A DNA stretch of 24,000 bases from Metabacillus indicus LMG 22858 (GCF_000708755.2 NZ_JGVU02000001.1:556694-580693), one strand, 5' to 3'. Counted from the first letter of the stretch, positions 8,451 to 18,076 are shown. Notes: generated by a model not told the origin, from the letters alone. Numbers and translations: made by a program.

Positions 8451-9554
8451 ATGAAGAAAGAAAGACTCCAAAAACTCGGCGATTGGCTTAACGAGCAGAA
8501 CACAGATGCTGCGTTCATATCGTCAACAGAAAATATTTTCTACTTGACAAATTTTTACACGGATCCTCATGAGCGATTAATGGGGCTGTTTGTATTTAAA
8601 GAGGCGGAACCGTTTTTTATTTGTCCCGGCATGGAAGTCTCCCAGGCGAGAGACGCAGGTTTTGAAGGTGAAATCATCGGATATGCCGATCATGAAGATC
8701 CATGGGAAAAAGTAAAAACGGCCATTCATAAAAGAGGCCGGCAAAATATGAAGCAGGCAGCCGTGGAAAAGGAACTTCTTCCTTTTTCAAGAGCAGAAGA
8801 AATTCAGAAAATTCTTCCGGATGCAGCCTTAGTATCAGCTGAAGAGATTATGAATGAGCTTCGTCTTGTAAAGGATGAAAAGGAGCTTGCCGTTCTGAAG
8901 CAGGCAGCAGAACTTGCCGACTACGGTGTTGAAATCGGTGTTCAGTCCTTAAAAGAAGGCGTTTCTGAAATGGACGTCCTTGCTAGAATCGAATATGAGC
9001 TAAAGCGGAAAGGAATACGCGAAATGTCCTTTTCAACGATGGTTCTGTTCGGGAAAAAATCAGGCCAGCCTCACGGAAACCCTGGGCTTGCAGCCTTAAA
9101 AGAAGGAGATTTTGTCCTGTTTGATATGGGCGTTGTTCTTGATGGGTACTGCTCGGATATAACACGGACACTAGCTTACAAATCTGTCAGCAGTGAACAA
9201 AGAAAGATCTATCAGACCGTTCTTGATGCCCAGCTGCAGGCACTTGATGCAAGCAGACCCGGCACAAGAATCGGAGATCTTGACCAGATTGCACGAGATG
9301 TCATTACAAATGCCGGCTACGGCGAGTATTTCCCTCACCGGCTTGGCCACGGGCTAGGCATCAGCGTTCATGAGTACCCGTCTATAAGCCATACAAATAA
9401 CGGCGTGCTTAAAGAGGGAATGGTTTATACGATTGAACCGGGCATCTATGTTCCTGAAATTGGCGGCGTCCGTATAGAAGATGATGTATGCATTACAAAA
9501 GACGGCCATGAAACGCTGACAAAATTTCCAAAAGACCTGCAAATTATTCAGTAA
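8451..9554 (+). CDS. M24B Xaa-Pro dipeptidase/aminopeptidase
   Basis: ORF 8427..9554; preferred ATG 8451 after GAAGGAGAG. Metal-ligand blocks FDMGVVLDGYCSDITRT, HRLGHGLGISVHE, YTIEPGIY and VRIEDD are typical of PepP/PepQ (B. subtilis YqhT/YkvY class). Confidence 0.85.
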   Translation: MKKERLQKLGDWLNEQNTDAAFISSTENIFYLTNFYTDPHERLMGLFVFKEAEPFFICPGMEVSQARDAGFEGEIIGYADHEDPWEKVKTAIHKRGRQNMKQAAVEKELLPFSRAEEIQKILPDAALVSAEEIMNELRLVKDEKELAVLKQAAELADYGVEIGVQSLKEGVSEMDVLARIEYELKRKGIREMSFSTMVLFGKKSGQPHGNPGLAALKEGDFVLFDMGVVLDGYCSDITRTLAYKSVSSEQRKIYQTVLDAQLQALDASRPGTRIGDLDQIARDVITNAGYGEYFPHRLGHGLGISVHEYPSISHTNNGVLKEGMVYTIEPGIYVPEIGGVRIEDDVCITKDGHETLTKFPKDLQIIQ

Positions 9555-9558
9555 GACT

Positions 9559-9590
9559 AACAAACCGCACTGCATGTGCGGTTTGTTTAT
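9559..9590 (+). terminator. Rho-independent terminator
   Basis: CAAACCGCAC (9561-9570), loop TGCAT, GTGCGGTTTG (9576-9585), then TTTAT. Confidence 0.8.
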
Positions 9591-9635
9591 GCCGTTTGAA
9601 GGAACGGCCTGATTTTACAAAAGGGGAAGAGCGAC

Positions 9636-10451
9636 ATGAAAAAATGGATTGCACTCATGCTCGGAGCCATGCTCTCGGCTGGCTGCTCAGATGAGGCGGC
9701 AGAGCAGCCCGAAACCGGACAGCCTGCTGTTATGCAGGATGAAAAAGAAGAAGTAACAGAAGATGCCGCTGCACCTGCAGTCCAGGAAGAAAAACCGCAG
9801 GATAAACAAGAAAGCAGTTCCGAATCATTTATTGAGGCTGAAGTTATCAAAGTAATTGACGGAGATACCGTAAAAGTAATGACAGAAGGAAGAGAAGAAA
9901 CGCTTCGCCTCCTGCTTGTTGACACACCCGAAACCGTCCATCCGAATAAACCGGTTCAGCCGTTTGGCCCTGAAGCCAGCCGCTTTGCCAAAGACGCGCT
10001 CTCAGGAAAAAAAGTCGAGCTTGAACTCGACGTTGGCGAGAGAGACAAGTACGGTCGGCTCCTTGTTTATCTTCACGTGGACGGGAAGATGTTTAATGAA
10101 ATGCTGATAGAAAAAGGCCTTGCAAGAGTGGGATATGTGTATGCTCCGAACACAAAGCATGTAGACCGGTTTTATGAGCTGCAAAAGCAGGCTCAGCAAA
10201 GCGAGATCGGAATATGGAGCATTGAAAACTATGCAGCTGAAGACGAGGGGTTCAGGGATTTCCAGGAAAAAGAGGAAGCGCCTGCAGAAAGCAAGGATGA
10301 GTCATGCGCCATCAAGGGGAATATTTCTTTTTCAGGAGAGAAAATCTACCATCTTCCAGACGGCCAGTATTATGATGTGACGGAAGAAGAGGAACTGTTC
10401 TGTTCAGAAAAAGAAGCCGCTCAGGCAGGATACAGAGCGTCAAAAAGGTAA
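9636..10451 (+). CDS. Secreted lipoprotein thermonuclease (SNase family) with acidic linker and C-terminal Cys-bracketed tail module
   Basis: Lipobox MLSAGC. SNase core LRLLLVDTPET, PFGPEASRFAKD, DKYGRLLVYLHVDG, ARVGYVY. The tail CAIKGNISFSGEKIYHLPDGQYYDVTEEEELFCSEKEAAQAGYRASKR resembles the recurrent nuclease C-terminal ('sunset'-type) module as I remember it. Confidence 0.85.
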   Translation: MKKWIALMLGAMLSAGCSDEAAEQPETGQPAVMQDEKEEVTEDAAAPAVQEEKPQDKQESSSESFIEAEVIKVIDGDTVKVMTEGREETLRLLLVDTPETVHPNKPVQPFGPEASRFAKDALSGKKVELELDVGERDKYGRLLVYLHVDGKMFNEMLIEKGLARVGYVYAPNTKHVDRFYELQKQAQQSEIGIWSIENYAAEDEGFRDFQEKEEAPAESKDESCAIKGNISFSGEKIYHLPDGQYYDVTEEEELFCSEKEAAQAGYRASKR

Positions 10452-10480
10452 GCAGCGGGAGTTGATTCCGCTGCTTTTTA
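10451..10480. terminator. Probable bidirectional terminator between convergent nuclease and EAL genes
   Basis: AGCAGCGG (10451-10458) / CCGCTGCT (10468-10475), followed by TTTTTA on + and by TACCTTTTTG on the minus strand. Confidence 0.6.
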
Positions 10481-10485
10481 TATTG

Positions 10486-11511
10486 CTAACCCGCTAAAAT
10501 CATTGGAATAACCGGTTTTGCACTTGGCTTGCCTATAAGATAGCCCTGTATAAAATCAATCCCTTTCTCTCTGAGAAAAGCAAACTCTTCTTCTGTTTCA
10601 ACACCTTCGCCAAGCACCTGAATGCCGAGCTTTTTGCCGATGGCTATGACATTTGACACGAAAGCCTGTTTTTCTGTGTCGCTGTGGCAGTTCGAGATAT
10701 AATGCCTGTCAATTTTCACATAATCAGGCTGCAGTTCATGAAGCATATCAAGTGTGGCGTATCCGGCCCCTAAATCATCGAGAGCCACTTTCATTCCATT
10801 CTCCCTGTATACGTTAAGCACTTTTTTTAAATGAACGACATCCTCTATTTTTTCCGTTTCAACGACTTCAAAGACTAGATCCTGCGGAGAAACCCCGTAT
10901 TTCTTTACGATATCAAAGGTATGCTTCAGACAATACTCCGGATTATAGATGGTGGAAGGCAGAAAGTTAATAAAGCTTTTAATGCCTGCAGGAATATGAG
11001 ATGCCTTCGCTTTAATCGCCGCTTCTCTTGCCTTTTTATCCAGGACTGACTGCATGTTCGTTTCGACGGCTGTTTGAAAGAGCCGGTATGGGGAGATTTC
11101 CTGATCCATCGCACGCAGCAGTGATTCATAGCCGTAAAGCCTGCCGCTTTGTGCATGGATGATAGGCTGCAGATGGCTGACAAATGTTCCGTTTTGTATA
11201 AGATGGACAGTCTCCTCGTTCAAAATATGGGCACAGACTAACTGGAGATCATGAAAAGATGTTTTTTCTTCTTTCATGCCTGAATGAATGGCGGCAAGCC
11301 ATGGTTTATCTGCAAAAAAAGGAGCTAACGGCAGGATTTTCTCTTTGAGTTCATGTTTAGTTGAATAGGCCAGGTGGAAGCTTCCGTCAGCTTTGAACGT
11401 AAAACCGGATGATTCCAGGAAGCTCATATAGGCTGAGTCTGTATTTTTTAGAGTTAAGAAACCAGCCGGGCTGATTGGAAATGACTGATAACAAAACGAA
11501 CACGGATGCAT
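10486..11511 (-). CDS. EAL-domain c-di-GMP phosphodiesterase with an uncharacterised ~110-aa N-terminal domain
   Basis: ORF 10486..11517; ATG 11511-11509 after AAAGGGGA. EAL catalytic set present: YESLLR, FINFLP (N), FEVVETE, ALDDLGAGY, VKID, VLGEGVETEEE, IQGY. Confidence 0.85.
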   Translation of the reverse strand: MHPCSFCYQSFPISPAGFLTLKNTDSAYMSFLESSGFTFKADGSFHLAYSTKHELKEKILPLAPFFADKPWLAAIHSGMKEEKTSFHDLQLVCAHILNEETVHLIQNGTFVSHLQPIIHAQSGRLYGYESLLRAMDQEISPYRLFQTAVETNMQSVLDKKAREAAIKAKASHIPAGIKSFINFLPSTIYNPEYCLKHTFDIVKKYGVSPQDLVFEVVETEKIEDVVHLKKVLNVYRENGMKVALDDLGAGYATLDMLHELQPDYVKIDRHYISNCHSDTEKQAFVSNVIAIGKKLGIQVLGEGVETEEEFAFLREKGIDFIQGYLIGKPSAKPVIPMILAG

Positions 11512-11542
11512 GAACAAATCCCCTTTATTTCATAATAAATCC

Positions 11543-11571
11543 ATTATACCAAAATACTAGAATGATATGAA
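11543..11571 (-). promoter_or_regulatory. Sigma-A type promoter with extended -10 for the EAL gene
   Basis: On the minus strand: TTCATA (11571-11566), 17-nt spacer, TGgTATAAT with TATAAT at 11548-11543. Confidence 0.55.
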
Positions 11572-11606
11572 TAAAAAGGCCTATGAAAATAGACTTATTG
11601 GAAGGT

Positions 11607-11633
11607 TAAACATTTCCTATCTGCCTCCGATAG
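11607..11633 (+). promoter_or_regulatory. Sigma-D-like promoter for the chemoreceptor gene
   Basis: TAAA (11607-11610), 15-nt spacer, tCCGATAg (11626-11633), against the B. subtilis sigma-D consensus TAAA-N15-GCCGATAT. It lies 34 nt upstream of ATG 11667. Confidence 0.55.
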
Positions 11634-11666
11634 TAAACGTAGATAAAGAATAAAGGGGTTAAAAAT

Positions 11667-13379
11667 ATGAAAAAAGCGGTCATGTTCTGGAGAAATATCA
11701 AAATTGGCTGGAAGTTCAGCTTTTCTGTTATGATGTGCATTCTTCTCTTTGCGATCTCTATGATGGTAACGTTTGCACAGCTGAGCAGAGTGGACGGGCA
11801 TATTTCAGAAATGGACAAATTGAGCACCAGCGCAAGCACAATCACTGAGATGGGTTCAATTTTCCGGTCGATGGATATTGCCATTGCTGATTACATCATT
11901 AATCCTACAGATGAAAACAAAGAAAACTATCTTGAAAAGAGAAAGAAATTGCTGGATGCAGGAGACAAAAGCAAAAAAGAATTCAATGATCCGGAAGAAA
12001 CGGCCCTGTATTTAAAGATGATTCAAAATGACAAAATGTTAAATGATCTTTTTTACATAACGATCATGCCGGCGGTTGAACAAAACAATTCTCAAACGTT
12101 AAGTCAGGCGAGAGAGAGAGCCAATGTACTCAGAGATGAGACCATTACAGCCCTCTATGAGCTCAGGGACTTGAAAAACAAAGAAAGAACAGATGCAGCT
12201 GAAGATTCCCGCAGCAGCATGGAACAGATTGCTTTCACTTTGCTTTTAGCCTTAGTTGTCTCTATTGTTCTCTCGGCGGCGATTACGTTCGTCGTTCAAA
12301 GAATGATCATCAGGCATTTCAACCGGGTCATCCGCTTCTCACATGAGATATCAGCCGGGAATCTAGCTGCGCAGGACCTTGAATATGGTGGAAGGGATGA
12401 AATCGGTCAGCTGACCGCTTCCCAAAATGAGCTGAAATCAAAGATGAACAACATGGTCCGCCAAATTAAAAAAGCATCTGAAGAACTTCAAGTGCGAAGC
12501 AGAGAGTTAAACAAAGCTTCCGGCGAAGTCAACGAAGGAAGCCAGCATGTATCTGCAACAATGCAGGAGCTTGCTGCAGGTTCATCCGCGCAGTCCAATG
12601 CTTCATCAGACATCGCATCTCAAATGGATGACTTCTCAAGGCAGCTCGAAAAAGCGAATGAAGAAGGCGCCTTTATGAGAAAGTCATCAAATGAAGTCAT
12701 GCATCTAGTTTCACAGGGATCAGTTCAGATGAACTCATCCTCTGCCAGAATGAATGACATCATGGGTGTGATGAATACATCTGCAGCAGAAGTCATGAAT
12801 CTTGATGGAAAAACAAAAGAAATTGCAGCGCTTGTTACGGTCATTGAACAAATTGCCGAACAGACAAATCTTTTATCTCTCAATGCTGCGATTGAAGCTG
12901 CGAGAGTAGGAGAGCACGGGAAGGGATTTGCCGTTGTTGCGGATGAAGTAAGAAAACTCGCTGTAGGGGTATCGGCTTCTGTATCTGATATTACAAGGAT
13001 TGTTGAAGACTTCAGAAACGTTTCCAAAAATGTAGCAGCCACGTTAAACAGCGGACAGCTCCGTGTGAAAGATTCTGCTTCATCTATTAAACAAACAGGT
13101 GAATCATTTGAGATGATCACAAAGTCGATCCGAAAGCTTGATGAAAAGATAGCCAATGTGGACGATTACTTGAAAACAATTGCAGGCGGTATGGTGCTGG
13201 TCAACAGGGCGGCAGAAGAAGTTGCTGCTGTGTCTGAAGAGTCAGCAGCTGGAATTGAAGAAGTCTCCGCTTCTGTGCACCAGTCTTCTGAAAACATAAG
13301 AGAAGTAGCAGCCTCCTCCGACCGTCTGAAAGATCTGTCTGATGAACTCTCAAAGCTTGTTGGAGAATTTCAAGTATAA
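11667..13379 (+). CDS. Methyl-accepting chemotaxis protein (two TMs, ~150-aa extracytoplasmic helical sensor, HAMP, MA domain)
   Basis: 570 aa with SD AAAGGGG. HAMP segment ...[19 protein letters not shown]. Signalling hairpin [37 protein letters not shown]. Confidence 0.9.
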   Translation: MKKAVMFWRNIKIGWKFSFSVMMCILLFAISMMVTFAQLSRVDGHISEMDKLSTSASTITEMGSIFRSMDIAIADYIINPTDENKENYLEKRKKLLDAGDKSKKEFNDPEETALYLKMIQNDKMLNDLFYITIMPAVEQNNSQTLSQARERANVLRDETITALYELRDLKNKERTDAAEDSRSSMEQIAFTLLLALVVSIVLSAAITFVVQRMIIRHFNRVIRFSHEISAGNLAAQDLEYGGRDEIGQLTASQNELKSKMNNMVRQIKKASEELQVRSRELNKASGEVNEGSQHVSATMQELAAGSSAQSNASSDIASQMDDFSRQLEKANEEGAFMRKSSNEVMHLVSQGSVQMNSSSARMNDIMGVMNTSAAEVMNLDGKTKEIAALVTVIEQIAEQTNLLSLNAAIEAARVGEHGKGFAVVADEVRKLAVGVSASVSDITRIVEDFRNVSKNVAATLNSGQLRVKDSASSIKQTGESFEMITKSIRKLDEKIANVDDYLKTIAGGMVLVNRAAEEVAAVSEESAAGIEEVSASVHQSSENIREVAASSDRLKDLSDELSKLVGEFQV

Positions 13380-13383
13380 GCAC

Positions 13384-13414
13384 GAAACCTGATCATAATT
13401 GGTCAGGTTTTTTA
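13384..13414 (+). terminator. Rho-independent terminator
   Basis: GAAACCTGATC (13384-13394) pairs with GGTCAGGTTTT (13401-11), two of the pairs being G-U. 6-nt loop and a T-run. Confidence 0.7.
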
Positions 13415-13559
13415 TATCCCAAAAATAAAATAAGGAAAAAAATACCGTCATCCAATCAGGACATTTTTCCGTTATCTTTTCATGAAAGCATATTCCTGCT
13501 TGAATCCGCGTCAGGTTAATAGCATCATGAAGAGAGGATGACCCTTAAAGGAGGATAAA

Positions 13560-14792
13560 ATGAAGCCATTTTTATTGTTTTTAGTTCTGTTAGTAGCGGC
13601 AGCCGGATGCTCCCAGTCGTCTGCTCAAAATGAAAACCGGGAGTCACTTGATCAATCATGGGAAGAGATTGAAAACAAAGCAGATGGAACGACAGTCAGA
13701 ATGTTTATGTGGGGCGGTGACGAGGGAATTAACCAGTACATTGACGACTGGGCTGCACCGAGGCTTAAAGAACAATATGGACTGACCCTTGAACGGGTTC
13801 CGATGGACGCCCCTGAATTTCTTCAAAAGCTCCTGAACGAGAAAAAGGCGGGAGAAAACAAAGGTTCAACAGATATTATCTGGATCAACGGCGAAAACTT
13901 TAAAAACGCCAAAAACAGTGATCTTCTGTACGGGCCATTCACAGAAAAGCTTCCGAACTTCAAAAATCATATCAACGGGGATGCTCTTGATATTCAGTAT
14001 GATTTCGGTGAAAAAACAGAAGGTCTTGAAGCGCCGTGGGGCAAGGTGCAGTTTGTTTTTCACTATGACGGGGCGAAGGTGAAGGATCCTCCGGCATCAC
14101 TTGAAGAACTTAAGAAATGGGCAGAGGATAATCCCGGAAAGTTCACGTACCCCGATGCAAATGAATTCACGGGAAATGCATTTTTAAGGCATGTTTTCTA
14201 TGAGTCGGGAGGAGGAGCAGACCTGTTTTTAAAAGAGGGTTTTGATGAAGAACTTGCTGCCTCATCAAGCTCTGATATGTGGACGTATCTGAATGATCTG
14301 AAACCATCTCTATGGAAAAAGGGAGCTACTTACCCGAATACGCTGACAGAGCTTGACAGACTGTACAGCAGCGGGGAAGTGTGGATGACAATGGGCTACA
14401 ACGAAGCAAGAGCGGAAAGCTTAATCGAAAAAGGAATTTTCCCTGAAACGACAAAATCATTCGTGCTTGATTCCGGGTCACTCGGAAACACTCATTTTCT
14501 TGGCATTCCATTTAACACTCAAAACCCGGAAGGCGCTATGACGGCCATTAACTTCTTCATGTCTCCGGAAGCTCAGCTTGCGAAGTATGACAGCACATAT
14601 TGGGGAGAGGGAATGGCTGTTGATCCAGAAACATTTAACGAGGAGCAAAAGAAGAAGTTTAATGACATCGAAAGGGGACAGTCAGTGCTCCCTCAGGATG
14701 TGCTCCAAAAAGCGCTTGTTCCTGAAGTGGACGCACAATATGTGGACTGGTTAAAGGAGAATTGGCTGAATGAAGTGGCAGGAAAGAAATAG
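13560..14792 (+). CDS. ABC transporter substrate-binding lipoprotein, YnjB-like (ligand unknown)
   Basis: 410 aa with SD AAAGGAGG. Lipobox VAAAGC. The size and the downstream fused permease resemble the E. coli YnjB/YnjC arrangement (from memory). Confidence 0.7.
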   Translation: MKPFLLFLVLLVAAAGCSQSSAQNENRESLDQSWEEIENKADGTTVRMFMWGGDEGINQYIDDWAAPRLKEQYGLTLERVPMDAPEFLQKLLNEKKAGENKGSTDIIWINGENFKNAKNSDLLYGPFTEKLPNFKNHINGDALDIQYDFGEKTEGLEAPWGKVQFVFHYDGAKVKDPPASLEELKKWAEDNPGKFTYPDANEFTGNAFLRHVFYESGGGADLFLKEGFDEELAASSSSDMWTYLNDLKPSLWKKGATYPNTLTELDRLYSSGEVWMTMGYNEARAESLIEKGIFPETTKSFVLDSGSLGNTHFLGIPFNTQNPEGAMTAINFFMSPEAQLAKYDSTYWGEGMAVDPETFNEEQKKKFNDIERGQSVLPQDVLQKALVPEVDAQYVDWLKENWLNEVAGKK

Positions 14793-16425
14793 GCTGAAGC
14801 CTGCCGTCCCCGCAGTCCTGTTTACCTTGTTGATGGTTTTTGCAGGACTGTGGCTTGCTGCGGCTGAGAGCTTAACGGCGCCTGATGGAGCGAAAAGCCT
14901 GTCAGCGTATCAAGATCTTTTTACTAATGAGTCTTTCAGGGACTCATTATTTTATAGTCTGAAAATCACCCTGCTGTCGACAGTCATCTCTATTTTGGCA
15001 GGGCTATTGATTATCAGGTCTGTCTATCCGCTTTTGAAAAATAGATATCTAAAGCTTGCTGCATGGATTCCAATGCTTTTCCCCCATTTTGTATGGGGGT
15101 ATATGCTGTTTTTACTTTTATCACAGAACGGGTGGATTTCATCCATTTCAACAGAACTGGGACTGATCTCTTCAACAGGCGCTTTTCCTGATTTTATGAA
15201 AGATTCAGAAGGGACCGGCATTATTCTCACGTATGTTTGGAAAGAGATTCCGTTCGTTCTTCTCATCCTTCTTCCTGTCTATCTGCAGCTGAATACGGGA
15301 CGCAAAGATGCTGTGTATACTCTCGGAGGCAATGAATGGGATGCTTTTAAACTGGTGGAATGGCCGGTGCTCATCCCGAGTCTAATTGAAATCTTTATCC
15401 TTTTGTTTTCCTTTATTTTTGCAGCCTACGAAGTGCCTGCTCTGCTTGGGACGACTTACCCGAAAATGGTTTCTGTTTTAACTTATGAGTGGTTTTATTC
15501 GGGCGACTGGAGCAGAAGACCGGCTGCATTTGCGGTTATGATTCTCTCGACTGCTGTCATTCTGGCAGCTCTGGCAGCTGTTTACCTTCTATTCAATAAG
15601 CAAAGAGAAAGAATAACCAGGTCCAGTACGGTGGAAAGCGTCCGACACGGCAGCGGGTCCCGTCCTGTGATGGCCGTTCTGCTGATACTGTTTACAGCCC
15701 CGGTGTTATTCGTTATAGCAAAAAGCATGACATCCGGATGGACGGGACTGTTTCCGGAAACTTTCTCAGTAAGAGGATACGCTTTATTGATGGATGAGCC
15801 AAAACTGGCAGAAGCTTTGTCTCAGTCCATCACGATAGCCGTCTGTGTGATTGTTTTGAACCTGCTGCTTGGCATACCGGCTGCCCAGGTTCTTGCCCAC
15901 CATTCTTTTAAAGGGAAATCAGCAGCAGAAACGCTGCTGCTTACACCTGTCATTGTCCCGGTTCTGGCCATCGCAATGGGACTTCATACAGTGTTTATCC
16001 AGGCAGGCTTGGCCGGGTCGCTTTCAGGTGTCATCCTGATCCACCTTCTCCCGACTCTGCCCTACACCATCAAGGTAATGCGTTCAGGATTTGAGAGAGC
16101 GGGAGTTTTGACGGGCGAACAGGCTGCTCTGCTTGGAGCCGGCAGGTTGAAAGTGTTTTACACCATTTATTTTCCTCAGCTGATTCCGTCCATACGAAGC
16201 GTTATTTTTTTGGCATCCACCATCTCCCTGAGCCAGTATTTACTTACAGCTCTAATAGGAGGCGGAAATGTACTTACACTTGCAGGTCTGTATTTTCCTT
16301 ACTTCAGCAGTGCAGATGACACGGTGATTGCGAGTTTCTCTCTGCTGTTTGCCATCCTTCCGATTGGGATCTGGCTGTTGTTTGAAGGGCTGCTTCGCTT
16401 AGTAACTCCATATCAGAAAAGGTGA
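14770..16425 (+). CDS. ABC transporter permease, fused two-domain type (YnjC/ThiP-like)
   Basis: 551 aa. ATG 14770 with SD AAGGAGA (14754-14760), overlapping the SBP gene by 23 nt. About 12 hydrophobic segments. Two EAA-like loops: DAVYTLGGNEWDAFKLVEWPVLIP and EQAALLGAGRLKVFYTIYFPQLIP. Confidence 0.8.
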   Translation: MKWQERNRLKPAVPAVLFTLLMVFAGLWLAAAESLTAPDGAKSLSAYQDLFTNESFRDSLFYSLKITLLSTVISILAGLLIIRSVYPLLKNRYLKLAAWIPMLFPHFVWGYMLFLLLSQNGWISSISTELGLISSTGAFPDFMKDSEGTGIILTYVWKEIPFVLLILLPVYLQLNTGRKDAVYTLGGNEWDAFKLVEWPVLIPSLIEIFILLFSFIFAAYEVPALLGTTYPKMVSVLTYEWFYSGDWSRRPAAFAVMILSTAVILAALAAVYLLFNKQRERITRSSTVESVRHGSGSRPVMAVLLILFTAPVLFVIAKSMTSGWTGLFPETFSVRGYALLMDEPKLAEALSQSITIAVCVIVLNLLLGIPAAQVLAHHSFKGKSAAETLLLTPVIVPVLAIAMGLHTVFIQAGLAGSLSGVILIHLLPTLPYTIKVMRSGFERAGVLTGEQAALLGAGRLKVFYTIYFPQLIPSIRSVIFLASTISLSQYLLTALIGGGNVLTLAGLYFPYFSSADDTVIASFSLLFAILPIGIWLLFEGLLRLVTPYQKR

Positions 16426-16430
16426 TCGGT

Positions 16431-17417
16431 TTGAATCAAGGAATAGAACTATGCGCGTTAACAAAAATGTATAAGCAAAAGCCTGTTTTTGACAGGATGG
16501 ACTTGACCATACACAAAGGGGAAATTGTTTCACTGGTCGGTCCTTCGGGGACGGGAAAAACGACTTTACTGCGGTGCATTGCAGGACTTGAGACGCTGGA
16601 TGAGGGTGAAATTAAGATTAACGGAGAGAATGTAACCTGGAGTAAACCCCAGAAACGTCCGGTCGTCATGATGTTTCAGCAGCCGCTGCTTTTTTCGCAT
16701 ATGACGGTATTTGAAAATGTTGAGTACGGGTTAAAGGCAGCTAAAAAGAAAAACCGGCGGGAACAGGTCGCTGCGATGCTTGAAAAAGTGGATATGTCAG
16801 CTTATTCAGATGCTTATCCAAACGAATTATCAGGCGGCCAGCAGCAAAGGATTTCTCTAGCGAGGGCACTTATCGTGAAACCTGAGCTGATCCTTTTGGA
16901 TGAGCCGTTTTCAAGTCTTGATCCAGAGCTCAGGAAAAAAATGAGGATGTGGGTCAGAAGGCTGCTTAAGGAAGAGGGCATGTCTGCATTATTTGTTACA
17001 CATGATATGGAAGAAGCCATGTACATGGGGGACAGGGCAGCCGTGCTTGCTGACGGAAGGGTTCATCAGGCAGATGTCCCGGAAACCGTCTATCTGCATC
17101 CTAAAACGGTAGCTGCCGCTTCGATCTTCAGTGAAGGGATGATGACCGGCATCGGCTCCTTTGTGCACATCAGCAACCTGAGACTTGCTGTCGATAAGAA
17201 GGAGCAGTATCCATACAGCTATGCTGCTGAAATTGAAGACATTTTCATGAAGCACGGCGTCACTTTCTATACGCTTAAACTGAAAGATGCAAATGATAGA
17301 ATAACCATCCATTCAGATATATTGGCAGGCATCCAGGATTCAGTCTATGTTGAAGTCGTTCATCCGGAACTCATTCAGACGTTTGATCATTCCGAAAAAG
17401 AGGAAGATGCAGGATGA
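16431..17417 (+). CDS. ABC transporter ATP-binding protein with C-terminal regulatory/TOBE-like extension
   Basis: ORF 16422..17417. TTG 16431 is preferred (SD AAAGGTGA 16417-16425); the alternative is GTG 16422, overlapping the permease TGA. Walker A GPSGTGKTT, Q-loop MFQQP, signature LSGGQQQR, Walker B LILLDEPFSSLD, H-loop VTHD. Confidence 0.9.
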   Translation: MNQGIELCALTKMYKQKPVFDRMDLTIHKGEIVSLVGPSGTGKTTLLRCIAGLETLDEGEIKINGENVTWSKPQKRPVVMMFQQPLLFSHMTVFENVEYGLKAAKKKNRREQVAAMLEKVDMSAYSDAYPNELSGGQQQRISLARALIVKPELILLDEPFSSLDPELRKKMRMWVRRLLKEEGMSALFVTHDMEEAMYMGDRAAVLADGRVHQADVPETVYLHPKTVAAASIFSEGMMTGIGSFVHISNLRLAVDKKEQYPYSYAAEIEDIFMKHGVTFYTLKLKDANDRITIHSDILAGIQDSVYVEVVHPELIQTFDHSEKEEDAG

Positions 17418-18067
17418 AAAAGAACAGTGTATGGAAATTGCTTGTCATTGCTGCGGGAGCGGGAGTGCTGCTGTGGATTAACAGCCGTTATCTGAATCTG
17501 CAGCCTAAGACGATCAAGGACTGGATGTTATCCTTCGGGGCAGCTGCACCGCTCCTTTATATCGTTTTATATTCCGTCAGGCCGTTAATTCTTTTTCCGG
17601 CGTCTGTCATGTCCCTTGCAGGCGGCCTTGCTTTCGGCCCCTATCTGGGGACACTGTATACTCTGGCCGGCGCAACAATTGGAGCCGTTGTGGCTTATTT
17701 GGCAGCCGGCACCTTCAAGCTTGACATGTTCAGGAAATCAGATAATCAAAGAATGCAGACACTGAAAAAGCAGCTTGAGCAGAACGGATTTTTCTATGTG
17801 CTTATCCTCAGGCTGATTCCGATTGTCCATTTTGATGCCATAAGCTATGCAGCCGGCATTTCAAAAGTGAGACTTCTTCCATTCGCGGCTGCAACTTTTA
17901 TAGGGGTAATCCCGGGTACATTTGCCTTCACCTTTTTAGGATCAAGCTTTGCCGAAGGGAACGTGCTGCTGCTTGCTGCTGCAGGAGCTGTATTTCTTCT
18001 TTTGATGCTCTTGCCCCTTCTTTTCAGGGAAAAAGTAAAACAGCTGCTTACCAATGAATCGAAATGA
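17414..18067 (+). CDS. TVP38/TMEM64 (DedA-superfamily, SNARE-associated PF09335) membrane protein
   Basis: 217 aa. Its ATG overlaps the ATPase stop (ATGA 17414-17417). Five to six TMs, with LRLIPIVHFDAISYAAGIS typical of the family as I remember it (E. coli YdjX/YdjZ class). Confidence 0.75.
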   Translation: MKKNSVWKLLVIAAGAGVLLWINSRYLNLQPKTIKDWMLSFGAAAPLLYIVLYSVRPLILFPASVMSLAGGLAFGPYLGTLYTLAGATIGAVVAYLAAGTFKLDMFRKSDNQRMQTLKKQLEQNGFFYVLILRLIPIVHFDAISYAAGISKVRLLPFAAATFIGVIPGTFAFTFLGSSFAEGNVLLLAAAGAVFLLLMLLPLLFREKVKQLLTNESK

Positions 18068-18076
18068 GGAAAATGT

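Noticed and set aside
9587-9925. 112-aa Ser-rich minus-strand ORF opposite the nuclease N-terminus
   Set aside because: It is the antisense of the acidic (GAA/GAG-rich) linker, which automatically yields Ser/Leu/Phe-rich reading frames. It spans the terminator of the peptidase gene and has no SD.
11595-11884. Minus-strand ORFs of 68 and 92 aa covering the MCP promoter and 5' end
   Set aside because: They overlap the sigma-D promoter, the SD and the N-terminal TM of the MCP gene. They are probably AT-rich-region artefacts.
12725-13156. 143-aa antisense ORF inside the MCP gene
   Set aside because: It is a shadow ORF on the opposite strand of a confidently identified, highly conserved MA domain. 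It has no SD and a low-complexity Ser/Thr/Ala composition.
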